Source: Thermoplasmata archaeon
GTDB lineage: Archaea > Thermoplasmatota > Thermoplasmata > Thermoplasmatales > GCA-001856825
DNA length: 64,000 bases
Assembly (NCBI GenBank): GCA_021792255.1
Contig: JAJYUZ010000002.1
Span: forward strand, 349,071 to 413,070
Direction of reading: 5' to 3'
Shown here piece after piece: positions 47,007 to 57,004 of the stretch. Both the position numbers and the translations under genes were made by a program. The notes beneath the pieces were generated by a model. That model was not told the origin of the DNA, ran no database searches, and saw only the letters and a list, made by a program, of their open reading frames with translations. Position 1 is the stretch's first letter, and each line of letters starts with the position of its first letter.

Positions 47007-50000
47007 ATGCTGGACGAAGTTCCTCAATCCTTCGACTCGCTGCAGATTGAAAAAGAAGTCTATAAGTACTGGGAAAGCGAAGAGATTATGCAGCAATCCT
47101 TCGAAATCAATAGAGGTAAGCGAAGGTTCTCTTTTGTCGAAGGTCCACCGACCGCCAACGGTCCGCCCCACATCGGGCACGCAGAGACTAGAGCCGTAAA
47201 AGATCTATTCCTGAGATACAAGACAATGAAGGGGTTCGACATTTATCCTAGAATCGCTGGGTGGGACTGCCACGGCCTTCCGGTCGAGATTGAGGTAGAA
47301 AAGAAACTTGGTATAAAGAACAAGGCAGAAATTGAAAAAATGGGAATTTCCAAATTCAATAACCTCTGCAAAGAGAGTGTCTTTGAGTACCTAAAAATAT
47401 GGGCGGAAGCGTCCAAGCGGCTGGGGTTCTGGGTAGATTATGACAAGGCTTACATAACGATGAAGGACGAGTACATTGAGAGTGAGTGGTGGGCCTTAAG
47501 AGAACTGTACAAGAAGGGATTACTCTTCAAGGACTTCAGGATATCTCCCTATTGCCCAAGATGCGGTACTACTCTCAGTGCGCACGAAGTTTCACAGGGT
47601 TACAAGGAAGTGGAGGATTTCTCCGTATATGTGAAGTTCAAGTTGCTGGATAAGGACGAATATTTCCTCGTCTGGACTACCACGCCATGGACACTGCCAG
47701 CCAACGAATATCTTGTGGTCAATCCGAATTTCAACTACTCACTGGTTGACTACCGGGGAGAAAAACTTTGGGTAGTGGAGGAAAGGGCCAAGACAGTTCT
47801 GAAGAAGTACGTAGTAATAGAGAGCAGACCGGGTTCTTCGTTCGTGGGTACGAGATATGAGCAACTCATTCCCTTTTTAAAGGTGAATACAGGACTCTAT
47901 GTGGTCTCTGGAGACTTCGTCACGAAGGAAGATGGATCAGGAATAGTCCACGCTGCCCCTGCATTTGGCGCGGACGATTATGTGGTCATGAAGAGGGAGA
48001 AAGGGGAGCTCTACGTGACAGTAGATGAAGCCGGAAAGATCGCTCTAGAATCCCCATGGAAGGGATTGGACGTCCAGACAGCAAGTGACAAGATCAATGA
48101 ATATCTAAAGGAGACTGGCAAGCTCCTCAAGATAGAGAAAGCGGCTCATTCGTATCCATTTTGCTGGAGGTGCGAAACCAGACTGATTTTTTACCCGGTA
48201 GAATCTTGGTATATTGGAGTCTCCAAAGAAAAGGATAAAGTCGTGAAATACAACAAAATGGTCAACTGGAAGCCAGACTACATAAGAGATGGAAGGTTTG
48301 GGAATTTCTTGGAAGAAGGGAAAGACTGGGCACTTTCTAGGAATAGATTCTGGGGCACCCCTCTTCCAGTATGGGTGTGCAAGAACAAACACACATTCAT
48401 TCCTGGCAGCAAGAAAGAGCTGCTCGACAATTCTACAGAAATCCCTGAGAATTTTGAACTTCATAGACCCAAGGTCGACGAGATAAAGGTCAGGTGCAAG
48501 GAATGCGGGTTGAATATGGTTAGAGAACCGTACCCAATAGACACTTGGTTCGATTCAGGTTCTGCCTTCTTTGCTCAGTTTCACTATCCGTTTGAAAATG
48601 CTGAACTGTTTAAACAAAATAATCCTGTAGACTTCATAAGCGAGGCAATGGACCAGACCCGAGGGTGGTTCTATTCGATGCACGTTATTTCATCTCTTCT
48701 CTTCGAAAGAAACGCTTACAACAATGTCGTCGTGATGGAATTTATCCTGAATTCAAGGGGAGAAAAGATGAGCAAGTCGAGGGGAGATAAGGTAGATCCA
48801 CTCGAATTGATGGATAGAATAGGTACGGATTCCCTAAGGTTATTCTTTTTGCAGGGGCCGCCGTGGAAGCCTAAGAGGTTTTCAGAAGAAGTTGCGCTGG
48901 AGTTTTCAAGGAAGCTACTGGGAACACTCTATAACTCTTATCTCCTGTTCTCCACGAATGCAAGACTGGATAACTGGAAGCCGAAGAAGGAAGCAATCTC
49001 CTCAGATCTTGACACATGGATGCTCAACAGAATCAATGAGTGCATAGCCTCCGTGACAAAGCATATGGACGAATACGATCCTCACCTTGCGCTGGATGAC
49101 ATAAAAGATCTGGTCCTAGATCTGAGCCAGTGGTATCTTAGGCTCTCGAGAGACACTTTTTGGAGCGGCGAAGTCACTGAAGGCAAGAGATCTTCGTACT
49201 ACGTCACTTACCACGCCCTTATCAGCATTTCAAAAATGCTAGCTCCATTTGCGCCCTATTTCTCTGAATACCTGTTTAGGAAGTTGACAGATGAAAAATC
49301 GGTTCATCTCTCCGGGTTTCCTGAAGCAGAAGAATTCGATCATTCGCTGATAGAGGAAATGAATTATGTAAAGGACACAGTGGAGTCTGGAAGGAGAATA
49401 AGGCAGAAGAATGGCTTGATACTAAGAAGACCGGTCAAGGAAATAGTTATAACCGATCCCAAGCACAGAGAAGTCGTCCGCAAGTACTCTCGATTAATTC
49501 AGAAAGAGTTGAATGCAAAGGAAATAGTAGTGGATGATCTGAAATCGTACATGATTCAGAGTTTTGTCCTAAACAAGAGAGCAGCAGGCAAGATATTTGG
49601 GAAGGAACTGAACAACGCTGAAAAGGAATTCGAAATGGAAGCAAAACAAGACGAACTGAAGAGAACAGGTGAGACAAGGATCTTGGGGAAGGTAATAGGA
49701 GATTTGGAAGTAAATTCCAAGGAACACCTCGATGAGAGGTATGTCTCTGACGATGTTTCCGGCAACAAGATCCTCATAAACAAGGAGTTCGACAAGAATC
49801 TGTACCTGGAGGGTCTAGCTAGAGAGATGGTTCGAAGAATCCAGAGCATGAGAAAGGATGCCAATCTCGATTACACAGACAGGATTTATCTGCACCTAGA
49901 GGGAGACGAGCCCCTGATGGAGGCATTCTTATCCTTCAAAAAATATATCCTCTCCAGTACCCAGGCTGAGGAGAAAACATCAGTCAACGGATCAGACAAG

Positions 50001-50057
50001 AACTGGGACATATCAGGGCTTGGTCTTAAGGTGAGCATAGAAAAAGCGCATAGGTAA
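47007..50057 (+). CDS. ileS: Isoleucyl-tRNA synthetase
   Basis: EGPPTANG.PHIGH, GWDCHGLP, WTTTPWTLP, DQTRGWF, KMSKS. Confidence 0.96.
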   Translation: MLDEVPQSFDSLQIEKEVYKYWESEEIMQQSFEINRGKRRFSFVEGPPTANGPPHIGHAETRAVKDLFLRYKTMKGFDIYPRIAGWDCHGLPVEIEVEKKLGIKNKAEIEKMGISKFNNLCKESVFEYLKIWAEASKRLGFWVDYDKAYITMKDEYIESEWWALRELYKKGLLFKDFRISPYCPRCGTTLSAHEVSQGYKEVEDFSVYVKFKLLDKDEYFLVWTTTPWTLPANEYLVVNPNFNYSLVDYRGEKLWVVEERAKTVLKKYVVIESRPGSSFVGTRYEQLIPFLKVNTGLYVVSGDFVTKEDGSGIVHAAPAFGADDYVVMKREKGELYVTVDEAGKIALESPWKGLDVQTASDKINEYLKETGKLLKIEKAAHSYPFCWRCETRLIFYPVESWYIGVSKEKDKVVKYNKMVNWKPDYIRDGRFGNFLEEGKDWALSRNRFWGTPLPVWVCKNKHTFIPGSKKELLDNSTEIPENFELHRPKVDEIKVRCKECGLNMVREPYPIDTWFDSGSAFFAQFHYPFENAELFKQNNPVDFISEAMDQTRGWFYSMHVISSLLFERNAYNNVVVMEFILNSRGEKMSKSRGDKVDPLELMDRIGTDSLRLFFLQGPPWKPKRFSEEVALEFSRKLLGTLYNSYLLFSTNARLDNWKPKKEAISSDLDTWMLNRINECIASVTKHMDEYDPHLALDDIKDLVLDLSQWYLRLSRDTFWSGEVTEGKRSSYYVTYHALISISKMLAPFAPYFSEYLFRKLTDEKSVHLSGFPEAEEFDHSLIEEMNYVKDTVESGRRIRQKNGLILRRPVKEIVITDPKHREVVRKYSRLIQKELNAKEIVVDDLKSYMIQSFVLNKRAAGKIFGKELNNAEKEFEMEAKQDELKRTGETRILGKVIGDLEVNSKEHLDERYVSDDVSGNKILINKEFDKNLYLEGLAREMVRRIQSMRKDANLDYTDRIYLHLEGDEPLMEAFLSFKKYILSSTQAEEKTSVNGSDKNWDISGLGLKVSIEKAHR

Positions 50058-50093
50058 ATCACTCGCTCTGAGCACGGATGGGAGTTAATGCGT

Positions 50094-50486
50094 CTAAATT
50101 AGGTGCACAAAGGGCAGCACAATTCCCACAACAGCCAGCAATAAGAGCAACACCGCGTATACAATAAAAGTCAAAATCGCCATTACGAACGCCTTTGTGA
50201 GTCCAATCTGAAAAACGATCATTAATACAAACAGAATTCCTACGAACCCCATGATGAGACCCATAGGAGGGAATAAGAAGGAGAACAGAAATAAAAAAAA
50301 CAAAAAGGTGGCCGCAGAAAAGAATGTTCCCGCTAATGCTCTAACGATTTGAGATCGCTCGTGTACGAGTATCTTTGAAGCGAGATAGAGGGGGAATGAG
50401 GTCAATATCCACAAAATAATGAACACTGCAATTGCAATTATAGCATCAAATGCCCCTGAAGGGGATATTAAGGGCCCAGGTTGCAT
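50094..50486 (-). CDS. Small multi-TM membrane protein
   Basis: Four hydrophobic segments. Confidence 0.65.
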   Translation of the reverse strand: MQPGPLISPSGAFDAIIAIAVFIILWILTSFPLYLASKILVHERSQIVRALAGTFFSAATFLFFLFLFSFLFPPMGLIMGFVGILFVLMIVFQIGLTKAFVMAILTFIVYAVLLLLLAVVGIVLPFVHLI

Positions 50487-50642
50487 TTATCAACAATATT
50501 GGATCGAATTTAATTCTTCTCGTGCAGATGAGTCATAGGAATTCAAGTGATTTTTTTGAATTAGTCAAAACTCTAACAATCTCGAATGCTCAGTCACGGC
50601 CGGTCGAGAATCAAGGAGTCAAAGATAGCTTCTATGGCTGGA

Positions 50643-51614
50643 TTATTCAGAGGGGACGACGAAAATTTCACCTTCGATTTTGACTACTTTGACTTTGTCA
50701 TTCCCTTCTGACTCGACTACTGCCCTCTCCTTGAAATCGAAGGGATCAAGAATGTAGGCAGTACCTTCCTGCCTGTAAAGCACATCGGCTTCCCTTATGT
50801 CCTCTTCTCTTTTGTATACTACGTATTCTTTTAAGTCGAGTAGTTTCTGCTTTACCCTAGATCCTGATTTGAAATCAAGCAGCGTAACTATGTCAGATTT
50901 AATAGAAATGACCAGAAAGAGATTCTTTTCAATCACCAGGACGTCAGATTTTTGGAAGTTTGGGATTCGGACTGACACGGTTATCCGGTACAGCTCACTT
51001 CCATTCTTCATCCCTACCAAGTGCGATGTTTCTTTTAAAGTTCCACCAAAGCGTTCGATCGCCTTTCTAGCTATCGTCCGAGTGTACTGTTTTTCGGAGA
51101 CGAGCAGATCGTAGCCTTCTTTAATTCTCTCCATTTTGGTAAGAAATATGTCTTTGGAAGGTGCATCTTCTAACATTTCTACCAGGTAATTCAGGATGAA
51201 ATCTAGGCGCTCTCCCTTTTCTCCTCTGAGTTGGAGAATTGCTTCGTAATAGTTACCCAGTTTCTTGGTACAAACAGGACACGTGGATAGAGAAGTCTGC
51301 AGAAAGAATTCCCCTTTCCTAAGTTCTCCGTCTTGATCAGAAATACCTTGGAATGAGATTTTTCTGTTGTACTCGTCTCCACTGACTTCGAAAGTGGGCT
51401 CACTTACATTGAACACCTTCTGAATCGTGGAATGTATAACGTCCTTTTCCTTGATCGATTTTTCTGACCAGGTTCCTGTAAACACTGCCCCACAGTGAGG
51501 GCACTTCTTGACTCTAACTGATTTGACGTAGCCCTCTGTCTTGGTTCCCTTCTTGCACTCATCGCATATGATTGTCGATCTATCGACTTCCTTTCCGCAG
51601 ACTATACACTTCGT
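50643..51614 (-). CDS. nmd3: Nmd3-like ribosome biogenesis protein (proposed ACG start)
   Basis: KCIVCG..CDEC..CPHCG...CPVC...YYEAILQLR; first three Cys pairs lie upstream of the track's start at 51485. Confidence 0.85.
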   Translation of the reverse strand, partial: TKCIVCGKEVDRSTIICDECKKGTKTEGYVKSVRVKKCPHCGAVFTGTWSEKSIKEKDVIHSTIQKVFNVSEPTFEVSGDEYNRKISFQGISDQDGELRKGEFFLQTSLSTCPVCTKKLGNYYEAILQLRGEKGERLDFILNYLVEMLEDAPSKDIFLTKMERIKEGYDLLVSEKQYTRTIARKAIERFGGTLKETSHLVGMKNGSELYRITVSVRIPNFQKSDVLVIEKNLFLVISIKSDIVTLLDFKSGSRVKQKLLDLKEYVVYKREEDIREADVLYRQEGTAYILDPFDFKERAVVESEGNDKVKVVKIEGEIFVVPSE

Positions 51615-51640
51615 AGCGGCTTATTGTTACAAGGCTAAAA

Positions 51641-51889
51641 TTATTTTGTTCGTTCGACTGCTTTCGGAACCTCAGGCGGTGACTCAAAATATTCTCTGAA
51701 AAATACACAGTTGTCTTTCCCCTTGCAGGCCAGCAGATTGAGTTTCGAACATCCGTGGACGTCCAGGTAAACGCACTCTTTTTCCAGTGCGTTGAAATGT
51801 CCCCACACATCGCACTCTTCCTGAATGCACTTGTATCCAGGATATTTAAAATGACAAACGTCTTTCAGATCAGAGAAAACGCACCGCAC
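51641..51889 (-). CDS. Cys-rich small protein (8 Cys, two repeats)
   Basis: Cx8Cx8Cx4C followed by Cx7Cx7Cx5C. Confidence 0.6.
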   Translation of the reverse strand: MRCVFSDLKDVCHFKYPGYKCIQEECDVWGHFNALEKECVYLDVHGCSKLNLLACKGKDNCVFFREYFESPPEVPKAVERTK

Positions 51890-51981
51890 GTAAGTTGATA
51901 AATAGCTTGAATAAAAATCATGTCAGTAAATTTCTGCAACTTCCAACGACATTCAAGCAACTCACCGCAGAATAAGCCCTC

Positions 51982-52014
51982 AAACACCTCGAATCCTCAG
52001 GATTGTTGGTGTTT
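51982..52014 (-). terminator. Hairpin immediately 3' of asnS
   Basis: AAACACC-tcg-AATCC-tca-GGATT-gtt-GGTGTTT. Confidence 0.35.
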
Positions 52015-52021
52015 CACTGTT

Positions 52022-53308
52022 CTACGGTTTGAGTCTTCTGATAGTCCTAGGGAATGGAATTGCTTTGTTTATGTGATCCAAACCCGCAAGCCAAGTCAGA
52101 AGTCGGTCGACTCCAAGTCCGAATCCCGAGTGTGGAACGCTCCCATAACTTCTTAGGTCTACGTACCACTGATAGTCTTCGGGGTTGAGATTGTCACTCT
52201 TCATTCTGCTTATCAGCTCATCCTTGTCCCAGATTCTTTCCCCTCCTCCTATAACCTCTCCATAACCCTCTGGAGCAAGGAGATCATGGTTGAGAACGTG
52301 AGAAGGATCCTCTGGGTCCTGCCTGTGATAGAATGGTTTGAGTTGAGTCGGGAAATTGTATACGAACATAGGTTTGTCGAAATCTTCAGTTATTGCTCTC
52401 TCTTCCTTTTCTCCCAAATCTGCCATATCGCTCAGCTGCAACCCCTTCTGCCTACCAATGTCGATCACCTTTTCGTACCTGTATCGGTAAAACGGCTTTT
52501 CGATCGCCTTGACCTTATTGAGATCCCTCTTTACCACTTCCAGTTCTTCCTTATTTGAACTCAGGAGACGCTGCGCTATGAAGACGATCAGTTCCTCCTC
52601 AAGATCCATCATTTGCTGATTTTGGACCCATGCCGCTTCTGCCTCATAATGAGAGAACTCGGTGACGTGCCTTCTCGTCCTAGATTTTTCAGCCCTGAAA
52701 GAGGGAGAAATCGTGTAGACACTCTCAAGAGAAAACATGAAGGCCTCCAAGTAAAATTGAGAGGATTGGGTGAGATAGGCTTTTTCTCCGAAGTAAGGGA
52801 CCTCGAACAGCGTCGAGCCACCTTCGACCATTCCTCCGACGAACATAGGGGGGTCCACTTCGTGGTAATCTTTCTCTCTCATGAAGTCTCTGATTGAATC
52901 CAGGATTGTATCCCTCATCTTCATTATTGCAGTCATCTCTCTGCTTCTCAGCCAGAGATGCCTTATGTCGAGCAGAAATTCATCGCTCTTGTCCTTGGTT
53001 ATTGGGAAATTCTCTGCTATCTGGTATATCCTGATTTTAGTTGCGTGTATTTCATATCCAGTCACCGCCTTAGGTTCCTTCGAGCACTTTCCTTCGACTT
53101 CGATAGAACTTTCTATGGTGGCTCTCTTTGCGAGCTCAAATTCTTCGGAGGAAACTACGCCTTTCTCGACCACGACCTGAACGATGCCGGTAGAATCTCT
53201 AATGACCGTGAATATAAGTCGTCCAGATTCTCTTGATCTATAGACCCAGCCTCTGACACTGACTATAGTATCTACGCACTTATCGTTCAGGATATCGCCT
53301 ATATGCAT
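52022..53308 (-). CDS. asnS: Asparaginyl-tRNA synthetase
   Basis: RHLWLRS, EGGSTLF, YLTQSSQ, FRAEKSRTRRH, DLLAPEGYGEVIGG, YGSVPHSGFGLG. Confidence 0.93.
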   Translation of the reverse strand: MHIGDILNDKCVDTIVSVRGWVYRSRESGRLIFTVIRDSTGIVQVVVEKGVVSSEEFELAKRATIESSIEVEGKCSKEPKAVTGYEIHATKIRIYQIAENFPITKDKSDEFLLDIRHLWLRSREMTAIMKMRDTILDSIRDFMREKDYHEVDPPMFVGGMVEGGSTLFEVPYFGEKAYLTQSSQFYLEAFMFSLESVYTISPSFRAEKSRTRRHVTEFSHYEAEAAWVQNQQMMDLEEELIVFIAQRLLSSNKEELEVVKRDLNKVKAIEKPFYRYRYEKVIDIGRQKGLQLSDMADLGEKEERAITEDFDKPMFVYNFPTQLKPFYHRQDPEDPSHVLNHDLLAPEGYGEVIGGGERIWDKDELISRMKSDNLNPEDYQWYVDLRSYGSVPHSGFGLGVDRLLTWLAGLDHINKAIPFPRTIRRLKP

Positions 53309-53395
53309 ATTTTCCCTAATTTGTCTCTGTATAAATACTGTATATCCCTGATAATGACAGTACTTTGCGTGAACTATGCTCAAGTCGACCGATAG

Positions 53396-54190
53396 CTATA
53401 GGTGAGCCTGAGACACGAGCGATTCAAAAGTCTCCACGAATTTGGGCGGTGTCTTGTAATCCTTGATCTTTTCTAGAGGAATCCAAGTATACCCAGAATT
53501 CTCAAAATTCAATTTCACTTCTCTCGTTTTTGTCTCCATCAGCATAGGGGTGATTTCATAGAGAATGTCGTTGCTTCTGACATAAATCTCCCCGCCGATT
53601 AGTCTTAAAGACGCTTCTCGAATTCCACACTCTTCTAGCAGCTCCCTTTCTCCCGTCAATTTCGGGGTCTCTCTATTCTCGACGTATCCCGAAACTCCAC
53701 TGTACAAGCCAGGGAAAGACGTTGCATCTTCTGACCTCTTCAGTAAAAGGAGCTTCCCTCCATGTACCAGATACACAGTTGCCACTTTCTTTTCTTGAAC
53801 ACCAAAAATCGAAACTTCCCCCGAAGATCCGTCGATTGATATCTTATCTCCTTTCGAAAAAATATCGAGGGGTACACTATCGACCATAGGTATTTCAGAA
53901 ATTATTGCACCAGTAACAACCATCTGTTCAGCAGACTCGTTAATTAGACCCGTCGGAGCAATGTTCTTACTCTTCAGTTCGAGGAAGGTGTAGGAGCCTA
54001 CAGTAGAGCCCCTTCCCCCTTTGAAAGCCAGGATTTTACCAGTTATGCTAGTGTTTTCACAAGGTCCGGTGGTCACGAACCCCTCTCTGCTAATCTCTCC
54101 TAGTGGAGAGATAAGCTGATTGCAGACCACTACCTCAGAAGAAGCTTTTCCTGGTGACAGACCTCGACCCTTTATCAAGCTATCACCCAT
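53396..54190 (-). CDS. AcnX swivel (DUF126; phosphomevalonate dehydratase small subunit-like) fused to a Nudix hydrolase
   Basis: SITGKILAF.GGRGSTVGSY, GAIISEIPMVD, then the Nudix box GYVENRETPKLTGERELLEECGI. Confidence 0.85.
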   Translation of the reverse strand: MGDSLIKGRGLSPGKASSEVVVCNQLISPLGEISREGFVTTGPCENTSITGKILAFKGGRGSTVGSYTFLELKSKNIAPTGLINESAEQMVVTGAIISEIPMVDSVPLDIFSKGDKISIDGSSGEVSIFGVQEKKVATVYLVHGGKLLLLKRSEDATSFPGLYSGVSGYVENRETPKLTGERELLEECGIREASLRLIGGEIYVRSNDILYEITPMLMETKTREVKLNFENSGYTWIPLEKIKDYKTPPKFVETFESLVSQAHL

Positions 54191-55356
54191 TTCAGAAGGT
54201 CCATTATTCCCATAAATGCAACTTTCTGGTTGCCGTATCCTTTGAGTGGGAGATAGAATGTTGCCTTTCCAGAGTTAGTGCCAGTGCTGTTGTACTTGTT
54301 GCTTAATGGAGAGACGACCATACAAGTATCAGAAAATACCTTCCCCCCAAAATTCTCTATTATCCTCACTGCTTCACTCGAGTTCGCTTTCACTTCCCTC
54401 GATGTAAAAAGAAATAGGTCAGGTCCCACCTTCTTCTTTCCATTTAAAAGATGAGCTATGTAGTCCAGTTCTTCCGACGATAGGTGCGGACAACCTATTG
54501 CGATTAGTTCCGGTTCCTCTTTGGTCGAATTCTTTTCAATAGTCTCCTCTATCTCCTCTTTTCCTACGTCTATGGTTTCAGGAGAATCTGCTAGGAGTCC
54601 TGATTCTCTGGTAACTCTGTCGACGTGAAACATTGGTATGGAGGAAGTTGCCGAAAGCGCTGCTGAAAATGCCTTCAGTTCAATTCCTTTGGCTTTTTCC
54701 TGTCCCTTGACGAGCGGGATGCTCTTGTTCAGCTTTGGACCCAGGTACAGACCCAAAGCAGCAAACTTTGTGTAGTCTAGGGGTTCGCTGACATTTACTA
54801 CTACCGTCGCTTTTCTACCTTCGTCCTTGTGGAGTCCATGGTTTGGTGTTTTTCCAATAATGGCAGAAGCTAATGCCGATGGGCCGCTTTCACGATTTGT
54901 CCTTGCACCTATGAGCGAATTTACATAAATAATAGCAGAGCTCTCCGCCCAAGAAATGTGGTCGCCAAAACTAGGCTCATTGTAATAGTAGTATGGAGTG
55001 CAAGTGAAACTGTCCATTACACCCATCTTCTGATAGAGTTCAACAATCTCCATTTGCTTCTTGTGAAAATTTTCGTCGATTGTGACGGGTCCGCCATTTT
55101 CGATATCAAATCCGAGCGGGTTCAGCGAAGTGGGTACAGACACTTTATGAAACATTTTTTTAAGGAACTGTATCCCTCCCTCTCCCACATTCTTGTAGGA
55201 TACCCCCGAAATATGGGCGGACTTGATCGATATAAGTTTGTCTGCTCCACCCAGCTCCCCGAGTGAGTAGAGAAGCCTGATCGCCATACTTAAGGCTTCT
55301 CCTTGCTTTCCATCGAATATTTCCTCTTCCTCTCTAGTAAGCTGCAACCGCTTCAC
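54175..55356 (-). CDS. AcnX catalytic subunit (phosphomevalonate dehydratase large subunit-like)
   Basis: AHISGVSY, TCTPY, WAESSA, GARTNRE, IGCPHLS, DTCMVVSP, TNSGKA. Confidence 0.9.
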   Translation of the reverse strand: MKRLQLTREEEEIFDGKQGEALSMAIRLLYSLGELGGADKLISIKSAHISGVSYKNVGEGGIQFLKKMFHKVSVPTSLNPLGFDIENGGPVTIDENFHKKQMEIVELYQKMGVMDSFTCTPYYYYNEPSFGDHISWAESSAIIYVNSLIGARTNRESGPSALASAIIGKTPNHGLHKDEGRKATVVVNVSEPLDYTKFAALGLYLGPKLNKSIPLVKGQEKAKGIELKAFSAALSATSSIPMFHVDRVTRESGLLADSPETIDVGKEEIEETIEKNSTKEEPELIAIGCPHLSSEELDYIAHLLNGKKKVGPDLFLFTSREVKANSSEAVRIIENFGGKVFSDTCMVVSPLSNKYNSTGTNSGKATFYLPLKGYGNQKVAFMGIMDLLKWVIA

Positions 55357-55970
55357 CGTTGTGACAGTAATTCTTTAATTTTTTGTTTTGGGTCTGGAGA
55401 CAATATGATGCTCCTACCTATAATTAGGTAGTCCGCTCCGCTGTCCAGCGCCTCTTTATAGCTTCCTCCCTGAGCTCCTACTCCGGGGGAAAGTACCTTG
55501 AGTCCAGAGATGCGTTTCAGAACCTTTATCCTCTCTGGATGAGTGGCAGGAGCTACTATCCCGTCCGCTCCCTCTTCCTTGGCGATTATTGCTATCTTCT
55601 CTGATTGACCAGTAATGAAATCTGCATTTCCCGGATGAGACATTTCAGCTACGACGTATAGGCTTTCAGCTACTTTTCTGACTTCCTTCACCACGTCCCG
55701 TCCCACGAATCCTTGAACTATAATGCCAGATGCGCCGTGTGAGGTCAGAGTCTTGGCGATGCTTTTGGACACCTCAGGTATATCCGCAATCTTGATATCG
55801 ACTATAACTTCTCCAATTTTTGATACCCGATCTATGACTCCTGCACCTTCGCTGAGAATCAAAGGATACCCTACCTTGTAAGCGCTGACGTAGCCTCTTA
55901 CTTCCTCCGCTATTCTCAGTGCCCTGTCGGTTTCCTCCACATCCAGTGCTAGAATGATGTTGCTGTCCAT
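55353..55970 (-). CDS. pyrF: Orotidine-5'-phosphate decarboxylase
   Basis: ILALD, DIKIADIP, MSHPG, SPGVGAQGG, IIGRSI. Confidence 0.95.
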   Translation of the reverse strand: MDSNIILALDVEETDRALRIAEEVRGYVSAYKVGYPLILSEGAGVIDRVSKIGEVIVDIKIADIPEVSKSIAKTLTSHGASGIIVQGFVGRDVVKEVRKVAESLYVVAEMSHPGNADFITGQSEKIAIIAKEEGADGIVAPATHPERIKVLKRISGLKVLSPGVGAQGGSYKEALDSGADYLIIGRSIILSPDPKQKIKELLSQR

Positions 55971-56093
55971 CTCTCACTAATGCGATCGCAAAATAAAATA
56001 TTGTTCCTTCTTCCAGAAAATTGATCTTATAAATGGAGGCGACAATGCGATAAGTATTTTAGTAGCGTTAAATGTCCGTTTGATAAAAAATAG

Positions 56094-56936
56094 ATGGTCC
56101 AAGACGGAGGATTACTGGGTGGAAGGCTTTTCCAATATTTGGACGAGCTGCTCGTGAAGCTACGCGGTACTATAATTCTCTTTATGCTGCTTTTCTTTGC
56201 GATGTTCCTCCTTGGACCGGTTACTTTCAAGTTCGACGGATTCACTCTATTTTACCTTATCCCGTCCTTCTATCACAGCTTTTCAGTTATCCTGCTTCAA
56301 CTATTGGAAAAGAGTCTTGTACCGCACAAGATGATACTCATCAACATCTCTCCCTTCGACATAGTCGTAAGCGTCGTGTATATTTCACTCGCGGTCTCGA
56401 TTTCAGTGATCATTCCGATACTCGCTTTCCAACTAATAAATTTCTCTAAGTCTGCGCTATATCCAAAAGAAAGGAAAATTGTAAGTTTCTCCATATTTCC
56501 AATAATTCTACTGTTTATTGTCGGGGTAATTTTTGCACTAAGGTTGATAATACCGATTCTCTTCAGTGTGATATTTCTATTCGCAATCGATGTGGGGGTC
56601 CTTCCAACCCTTGGGATACTGCAGTTCGTCTCGATTGTTGTACTGATCACTGCAGGAATGGGGGCAATATTCGAAACACCAGTTATCGTGTTTTCCCTAT
56701 CATACGTAGGCGCTGTGCCGCCATCACTCTGGTTCAAGAATTGGAGATACGCCATTATTGGAGCTTTTTTTATTGCGATGCTGATTTCTCCCGGAGCAAC
56801 GGGCGGTATAATGGAAGTGACAATTGCACTGACGATAATTGGTCTTTATTTTTCAGGTGCGATCCTGGCCAGATGGATTGTAAATGAGAAGACTAAGTCT
56901 GACGAAAAAGGAATAGGGACAAAGGGTGAAGAATGA
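56094..56936 (+). CDS. tatC: Twin-arginine translocase TatC
   Basis: LDEL..KLR, ALYPKER, FETPV, WRYAI; 6 TMs. Confidence 0.88.
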   Translation: MVQDGGLLGGRLFQYLDELLVKLRGTIILFMLLFFAMFLLGPVTFKFDGFTLFYLIPSFYHSFSVILLQLLEKSLVPHKMILINISPFDIVVSVVYISLAVSISVIIPILAFQLINFSKSALYPKERKIVSFSIFPIILLFIVGVIFALRLIIPILFSVIFLFAIDVGVLPTLGILQFVSIVVLITAGMGAIFETPVIVFSLSYVGAVPPSLWFKNWRYAIIGAFFIAMLISPGATGGIMEVTIALTIIGLYFSGAILARWIVNEKTKSDEKGIGTKGEE

Positions 56937-57004
56937 AAGACAAGATTATTAGACGGGTAATATTCGAGAATGTGGAAAATGAACAGGGGAGTTCCTTGAA
57001 ATGA
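56933..57004 (+). CDS. 23-aa micro-ORF coupled to tatC and to the next gene
   Basis: ATGA overlaps at both ends; GGGTGA SD upstream. Confidence 0.35.
   Translation: MKDKIIRRVIFENVENEQGSSLK

Noticed and set aside
51989-51999. TCGAATCCTCA word complementary to the 16S leader (63879-63889) and tRNA T-arm-like
   Set aside because: An 11-mer match is plausible by chance, and no cloverleaf forms around it
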